A stretch of 64,000 nucleotides of DNA from contig CM082582.2 in the NCBI GenBank assembly GCA_040954595.2, positions 9,353,483 to 9,417,482 on the forward strand, read 5' to 3'. Of this stretch, positions 56,001-64,000 are shown piece by piece (position 1 is the first letter of the stretch; each line of letters starts with the position of its first letter). Source of the stretch: Balanoglossus misakiensis. Taxonomy: Eukaryota > Animalia > Hemichordata. The translations under genes were made by a program, and so were the position numbers. Under the pieces are notes generated by a model. The model was not told the DNA's origin. It made no database searches and was given only the letters and a program-made list of their open reading frames with translations.

Positions 56001-59000
56001 CACTCAGCACAGTGACATTTCATCATAGTGCAGCATATCTTCAGTCAGCTGTAACTTAATACTTGTTCAACAAGCATGTATTTTGCATCGTTCCATCAGT
56101 GCTACCCTTTGGGCAGTTATTTACCTGTTCCACTGGGTATACACTCGAGCTGACTTGTAAAAATTGCCTGGCTGCCCTTCATGAAATATGAGTAAGTTTC
56201 CAATATTAACAGGGCCGTTCGCGATCAACCTAATACCGACTCAGGACAAGGATTTTCATAAAAATTACGCTTATTGGGGATGGACACCTTCCGAGCGAAT
56301 GCACATCACTGCCTTTTTCAATCTTTTTTTTCCCTTTCTACTCTAATCTGTGCCGGTCAGGTTTGTGTGATTAACACCTTTGAGAGAAAAAGAATCTTCA
56401 CCAAGCATGTCTCCAGGTGCGATCCAAACTCCATGGGATTCATTACGCTCATTGTTTGCCGTGGATTCTCAAAATGCCGGTGGCAACTTTCAATTAAAAT
56501 GTTTGACAGGAAGCAGACTATATGAAATATCAGTATGAGTATGTGGCCCGGCGCTCTTCGCCATAAACTCCCAGCGGGGACAGACAACCTTCTGAATATA
56601 TGATAAATTAAAACCGTGATCAGAGAGACAGTGGACGTTTTCTGCGCTTTCCATCGCACAACCCGCGACGGTTAGGAAATAGCTGCGCTGTTGATTATAG
56701 CAGACTTTCATTCATAGCTTTTTAATTTTAATTAGCTGCCCGTGGGCAACCCCCAACCTCATGCCAACTTCTGTATGCCAGCAATCTACATTTGTGTTTT
56801 GTTGAATTTCACTCTTCAGCTGACATTCAATCAAACCGCAAAACATTTCACATCAGCACATATATACCTGCAAGCTGATGTGGTCGGAATACCACTGTGT
56901 CAAAGCTACATGGAAACACTGACGTCTTAAAAAAAAGTCAGTGCTCACTGACTGCACAACTACCCAAGAGCTCTTTTTTCGCTTACCGACAGGTACATTT
57001 AGTTGTCAATTTTTTTCCCACAACTCTCTGACATGTTATGATTTCAGTTTTGTGTGAGATCAAAGCAAAAACCTGACCCCTTTGACTGTATACACACAAG
57101 CGATGTACTTCTAATGTTGTCACCCGCTGTTAAGTGGTCATTTCAATTCCATCTAAATTCTTCCAATAGGGCTTTATAAATTGTCTCTGTTTTTCAAATA
57201 CAGATTTCTCACATTTCCTAGACTTCATAAACATTGGTGCATATTTTACCGACATCAAAGACATACTTTTTCAGTTGGCATTTTAATGAAAGCTTTGGTA
57301 TGGGCATAAATTGGAATTATTAAACTGGCCAGAATATTTATCCCCACAGCTGAATAGCACTTTGGTCATTATTTATTCTCCTGGTGCGTTTGAGAGCAGT
57401 TCCACCTAAACCACACAATTCATGTTGTGCTTTCTGTTACTAGTGTACCAAGTTTCTAAAAACACCGGCCAAATGTTGACTTGAAAAATGGCCGACATAT
57501 TTCTCTTTTGTGCCCATTGTATCCTGTAACATAACACAGCCAGTCTCAGAAATAGATCACTTACACCAAACTGAAATCAGCAGCCCAAAAAATCACTCAA
57601 CAAGAGACCTGCATGAGACTTTTGTAATGGTCTAAACTACGATTGAACCAAGGGTACGTTCCTAAAAAATGCGTGGTGTAAGAAAAATCAATATTTAGAA
57701 AAACTCTGCCATTACCCAACACCACACAGACAATTCTGAGCTCAGGGCATTAAACAAGAAATCAACCCCGGCTTCAAAGAACCGTAATCTCCCAGTCTCA
57801 AGAGTTGTACAGTTAAACCTATCTATGTTACAGCTGTCGAGAATTTGAATCTGAAAAGCGTGGCTCAAAAAAAAAAGTAAAATTTCTACACTGTCACTTG
57901 TCAATCATCAGAGAGGCCTCTCACAATGAAGCCATGTGCTTGGTGGTTGGCCAACTAATGGGGGCATTGCCCAGTTGAACAATTCATGCCCCTCAAAAAA
58001 AAAAACTAAATGCACTTTAATACATCTTTTCAGTTTTTCTCTTTTCTTTCTTTGCCATCTTTTGTTCCAGTTGAGAAGTCTTTTGAAAAGAAGCCAATAT
58101 ACACACAGGGAGATTTGCATAACTACCCGATTGCAGTGTTCATAAAATTACATGTATTCCCCGGCCCAATCCACACACAGCGTCTTTGCCGTGTCTCGAC
58201 TTGCCCCCTCTTGATCTAATCCCTTACAATTTCATCCAGGTGTTGCCGATAAAAAGTCATAACAATTTCTTCAAGGTCATCCAGACATAAAAATTCATAA
58301 AGTGCCCACTCTTTCGCCGGAGAAGTGGGAATCCACCTTTTCAAGTTGCCCGTGATTTATAGGTTTCTCTTTAAATGTCTCCCCACAGCCTTAGAGACAA
58401 GGTCAAACTTTTTACAAGTTTAACTCAAAACTCACTTCCCGAAGAACAACAAATGGGACCGCGACGTAATCTCAAAAATATGTTTATCTGTACATCCTGT
58501 TCAGAGGTGAACACTAGTTGAAAAGTTACTTTTTATTATTCTGTGTGGTCGTTTTAGGTTCTTTTTTTCTGAAGGGGGGGGGGGTGTTTCTCTCTCTCTC
58601 TCTCCATGACAGGTCTCTCGCTGCATCCCTTTCTACCAGCTTATAAATGACCAGCGGCAAAATTACAAGCAACTAATCTCCCTGTGAATGCCTAAGCATG
58701 CCACATTGAAAAATAAGATAATAGCACATTTCAATGCACGGCCTTGTGCGAAAATAAAAAGTCCCTAAGATTTATGAATGAGAACGTGAGATTTATGCGA
58801 AGAAAGTGACACAACACAAAAACCGTCCCGTTTATGAAAGGACCCCCTCAGACATTCCGAACCCAAAAGTCCATTAAAATGTTCTGCATATGAATATAAT
58901 TGTTGACAATTGGTGCAGTAAATAGGGGAAAGGCTATCCACTTTCACGATATTAAAAAAAATTTACAAGGTTTGTTGATAGGGTGCACACACAATGGGCC

Positions 59001-62000
59001 ATGCCTACAGGTGTTGGCATGCCCCAGTTAATGTTAGCCAGCATGAGTAATATGCAATTTTCACAAAGCTGCACAAACACAATGCGGGAACAGCTAAGAA
59101 GATGTATGATCTCAAAGAAAAACAGTCACTTTCAGAAATTATTTACCCAGCGAAACTTTAAATTAGCCCCATTGTTTGTGGTTTGCATCTCGGCCAATCC
59201 CTCTGGGTTTACCTTTCTCATGACAACAACTCGAACATTCCTGAGAACCATTTTAGTTCATCAGTCCTTGAATTTCGCAAGAAGAATACAAGTGTTTAAA
59301 TATTCAGTTCAGAAATGAAAGTTGGTCTGTTTGTCGCTTCACTTGGGTCGCCATGGCAGCTTCATGGCTGTGTTTTAATGTGTTCTGGGTTGGGGGGGGG
59401 AGTGTGAGAATGGCTGCCATCTTGAACTCACTTTCATTGCAAGCAGCAGACATTCCAACACACGCAACAAAAACCATACCGCATATGAGAAGGTGAGCAG
59501 AAAGAAAAACAACAACCAGCACATAAATCATAACCCTTACGTTTGAGTTATGACCTCCCTTGATCAAACACCGACGACCAGCTCCTCAAGCAGACCCCGA
59601 TTGAAAAGCCCCCAAAAGAAACCGACTGTCGAGAAAGTGTAATGTACAGCCACTTATGCGAGTGGCAGAAATGGGTCGATACAATATAGCGATTATGTTT
59701 TATGATACGTGGCCCCGGCCAACATTGACAACTTGTGCACGCCACCTTCTCCTTATAAGAAAGTGAGTCAAACTGCAAATGAGATCTGACTATTGAAAGC
59801 GGAGAAAAAAAAAAGACACGGCCAAAATGGAAAACAAATCCAGGCATTCAGCTGGGAGTCTAGCTCTAAATCTTCCCGGAATTTTTGATCTCTATTTGAA
59901 GTCTACAGCATGTCCAAATACTCAACTCATGTAAATTGTCTTTTTTTTTTCATTTCTTGCAACACATGTCAGAGTCTAGCCACAGGATTTCTCCTCAAAC
60001 AGGAACACTTGAATGTGACTGCAGGCTGTCTGGCCAGACTTATTCCCCCCTCCCTCCCCTCCAAAGTGGGTTTACTGTTCGCAAAGCTTTTACTTTAGAG
60101 ATCTGACATATACATATACACATGGAGGAATAAAATTTGGCATAACTGCAGGGGATTTTCTTTCTCTAAGCCTCTGACCAGCCACTGCATGAATTTTTAA
60201 GATTTCGGCTTATCACGGCCGAAATCTCTAAAGAAGTCGAGTTTTGTTGGCTGTCACGAGGCGGAACCTTTCTTGTCAGCCTTTATTATTTTATTTTGCT
60301 TTATGTTTGCCAAGAGAGAGGTCAAGCCGGTTAATTATGCTATATATCATAAGAATAATATTTCTGAGGTTATGGCAACAGGCCTCCTTCACGCCAGCTA
60401 CTTGTTTGAATAGTGTCACCCGTAGTGAAAGCAAAAAAGTGTCCACTGAGTCATATCTCTATACAAATGTAATGTTTGCCTCTGTAAAACAACAGTGGAG
60501 TTGTGGGGGTCAGGTCTTTTCACTTTACTACTCAAGAAGTGAACGTGAATACACACCGTTCTACAGTGTTGTTGTTTTTCTTGGAAGCAGAGAAACAGGA
60601 AAAATCATATCACAACCACTTTGATTTTCAACTGAAGCCATACTCCCCATGACGTGATTTTTTCAAAAAGGGGAAATTTCATCAAAGTTCAGCACAAGCA
60701 CTAAAATACCTGCACATGGCAGTTTGATTATAAAGCGAAGATGTAACCGAGACGCGTTTTTTTTTTTTCTTCGTAAAAGCCTCTTTTTTTTCATATTTGC
60801 CAGGCTCGCCGTTCTCCAGGGAAAAACAACATGAGTTTTGTATAAATTAGAAATAATTTTCCAGCTCAGGAGAGTGGCCAGAGCAAATAAACAGCTGCGA
60901 TTTGTTTGAAAAACCAATCTGCCCACCAGGCATATATGATGGGAATAATAATTTCATAGTTGCGGGCCAAAATTCCTGAAATATACAGGGGATTAACGAG
61001 CTGCCTTCTCAAGTGTCCTGCTTCCTTCATCTCACTATTGGCAAATATTGAAACAGGAAACTCCCAGACATCCAAGACGTAATTTTCACTGAAAAGCAAT
61101 CTTTTGTTGCACGGAAAGGACACGGTAAAATGCTTCAGGTGTTCCGGGTTTTCGTTTCAAGTGGACAAAATTTCCCTCATAACTAGTAATTGCTTACAAT
61201 GTTTATTTGAATCCCATTCATATTTGGGCGACAGCCTGGGGGATTGTAATAATTTGAATGATCTTGTGCCCGGCACACAATCACTTCCCCAAAATAGGTT
61301 TTTTTTTCTCTCCGAAAAGTGACTTTCATTTCCCTTTTTTTATGAAAAATTGTTTTCAGTCATTGCTCGCTGATATGCGGGTTCAGATTGGCAAAGAGAA
61401 TTAAGAGTCGACTCTCATAAAAACTGATGAAGTATGTTGGAAAGGAGACAACTCGGTGAAATTGAATATACAAGGAAACAGTAGTTAGAGTACACGCCAA
61501 TAGAAAAATACATCTGTGCTACCTATGTCTCACTTCTTTCAACTTCACACTTGTGTGAGTATTTGGACCATAAATTCCCCAGTGACCCCCTCGAGGCTGG
61601 CTTTGTCAAAAAATAGCATTCAAAAGCTGCTCTGTTGAAAATAGAAATTTAACTGCCTATTATGGTGCTTGTGGTGCGATTTTTATTGCGGGCCAAGTTT
61701 AAAACATTTCAAGTGCTAAAATACTTATGTATGTTTTGTGTGTCCCTTTTTTTAGCCGCTCACTGAGATTTCCTCATCAAATAGTCTTTCAGAATCTGCA
61801 TTCCCTTTTCCAAATCAAAGGTCAGGGGTCACTATATTTCAATATGGCCCAGTGCTTACATTACAACACCTTCAGCATTTCCCCCTAGAATGACACGGTG
61901 ACCTCAAGCCAATAGAGACACTTTCTCAGACTTCAATTTTTTGTTGTTGCCTCAACTATATCTCCACATCCCTCATCCTCAGCTAGACAGATTTTCCTCC

Positions 62001-64000
62001 CAATAAAATGAAAGGGAAACTGTCACCATTCCCTGGCACTTCATTTTCCATTCACAAACTTCTCAAGTTTAAATGAATCTCCAGGTAGCAATAACCGATC
62101 ACAGGCGATTTCCCGAGAGGCCCGACAGAATGCCCATTTTCCACTCCAACGTGGCGGGGATCAAACCTTTTTACCCAAAGCAGCGGTGACCGAGAAAAAA
62201 CAGATAGGCCAGAAACTGTAAATTGAAACATTTAACACTATTTGGTTTTTTAATACAGCGGCCGGGAACAGAGTCACGGGCATGCTGTTGATCACTTCTT
62301 TTTTTTTTTGGCGAAGAGTGAGCAGCTGAGATTGAAAGGATAACACGAGGCAAGGACAGATATGCTCTAATGAAAGGTCATATTCATAAATGACTCAACA
62401 TGACTGAAATACATGAAAGTTGATGGAGGAAGGCGAGCAGACTTGACAGTAAATTGAACTAAAGTACCACTGTGGTGTACAGCATATCTTAATGTCTGGC
62501 GCAACTCTTCAATTATTTATCATATGGAAGACACTACCCATATCCCTTTCCCCCGCACAACGGAGAAAATTAACACTTTTCAGACCGCAATTGACGTATA
62601 AATTTAAACAAAATGGGACAGCCATCAGCTATTTTTTTTTATCTCAGTGTAGACCCTGCACTTGCTCATGGATTAATGCAGTGGTGTATTTTTAACACCT
62701 GTGCAGACTTCGACACACAATGAACGTGAACATGTGTGGGGCAATATATCTTCTCGGACGTGGAGAGGGAAAAAATGATTTTTTTTTTTGACCACCCACA
62801 TTCACTTTGACACACACCAGTCTGGAGTGGCGGCGTACTGGCAGGTCAGCCTGTGTAATTGCACAATGGAAATGACTGTAATACACCACCGACCAGCGAT
62901 CCACGCACACAATGTCTGCTCTGGGTTGAATTTCAGAAGTCCTATTTAGCGGAGCAAAGCCAGAATAATGCCAGAATACATTTATTGGTAAAGTGATCAC
63001 ACGGGCCTCCGAGTTGGCCTTTTAACAAGAAGCCCAAAGTTTTCTGTCTCCGCTTGATTGCAACTGCACAATCCAGACAGTTATTTTTGAGATCTCATAG
63101 TGACCGCCTTTGATGAAGGGGGGGATTTTTCTTTTGGCTAATGAATGATAAGCATTATTACCAAATCATTACAATGCTGAAAATTTCTATCACAGTTGTT
63201 GTGTCAATGTGGGTCTGCATTTTCTCTGGTGGTCTACAGGCCCAGAAACAATGGAACCGGAGAGCCTGCAAAAATTAACATCTGAAATAAACCTAAGCTG
63301 CTCTCAAAAAGGAACAAAAAGTTCTTCTGTCCGGCTAAAATTAACAATCAGTTTGTCTGTGCAGTCTGCCTAATTTACAGTGTTAATAGTCTGAAATTCA
63401 ATCCTAATGCAAAAACCCTGTGTAACAGGGGACGGCGATATTACCAATCATTAGGAGAAATTTCCTCCTGACCTTTTCCATCAGAACCGGGTGTCATACT
63501 GCACTAAATATTTGCCATAAAAAAAAATCTGGCAGCTTCCTGCGCTGAATAGAAAAGGGGACTCAGAAAACCCGGATAGCCCGCAGCACTTCAGTGGTGG
63601 CAGACTCAAAAAAGTTGACTTCTGTACACAGTGAAAGGACGTGAATGATCAGACGGGCGAGGGGGAGATCGGCTAATTTGCGAGTCGGGCAAAACACAGT
63701 GTAACTTAATTCTCATAGTAAAGTTAGGGGGCAAAGCGAGTGGCAATCGCCCAGGTTGGGTGCAACGGCTGAAGGACTAACTTTAGCACACAAAGTATGT
63801 CTTGCGCTACGCACTCAATTAACATAGCCAACCATACCGCTGACCCAATGCATGTCTGATATGTAAAGAAACTCGCCGAGGTCAAAGGTTCCCCGCACGA
63901 CACCCGGTTTGAAACAGAAGATTTCCTGATGAACCAGCATGCAACAATGGTTGTCTCCTTTAGAGTTTTTTTTTTTTTACACTGATGATGATCGTCATCA
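53017..64000 (-). other. Long first intron of the SALL gene (>11 kb, continues past the window end)
   Basis: Upstream of the phase-1 acceptor, with no credible coding exon and several motif-dense blocks. SALL genes typically have a short first exon followed by a long intron. Confidence 0.75.
55922..55935 (-). promoter_or_regulatory. Strong CTCF-binding motif in SALL intron 1
   Basis: Minus strand CCTCTAGAGGGCAG, a 13/14 match to CCASYAGRKGGCRS. Confidence 0.55.

Overview
Eukaryotic (animal) genomic DNA: AT-rich, with short GT-AG introns. No prokaryotic features, CRISPR arrays, rRNA or tRNA were recognised. Four protein-coding genes could be rebuilt by hand from splice sites and reading phase: CIAPIN1/anamorsin (minus, 8 coding exons, 22197-24149, ~307 aa); TPX2 (plus, 14 exons, 24831-29627, ~813 aa), head-to-head with CIAPIN1 on a shared promoter of ~320 bp; CTCF (minus, 2 coding exons, 33938-36826, ~921 aa), tail-to-tail with TPX2; and the large coding exon of a Spalt/SALL factor (minus, 48827-53016), whose first exon was not found and probably lies beyond 64000. 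Bases 1-20182 look like a long intron of an unidentified minus-strand gene with a non-coding first exon near 20.2-20.3 kb. Vertebrate-like SALL motifs and a CTCF lacking finger 1 suggest an invertebrate deuterostome, possibly a hemichordate (inference). Main observations: a 10-finger CTCF whose ZF1 appears to have decayed in place while the cohesin-binding YDF motif is kept; tight CIAPIN1-TPX2-CTCF-SALL linkage matching human 16q/20q; a duplicated octamer + CTCF-like module in the CTCF promoter; and a CHR/NF-Y type promoter shared by TPX2 and CIAPIN1. I found no evidence for a wholly new gene system; the novelty candidates are structural, regulatory and evolutionary. All coordinates were read by eye.
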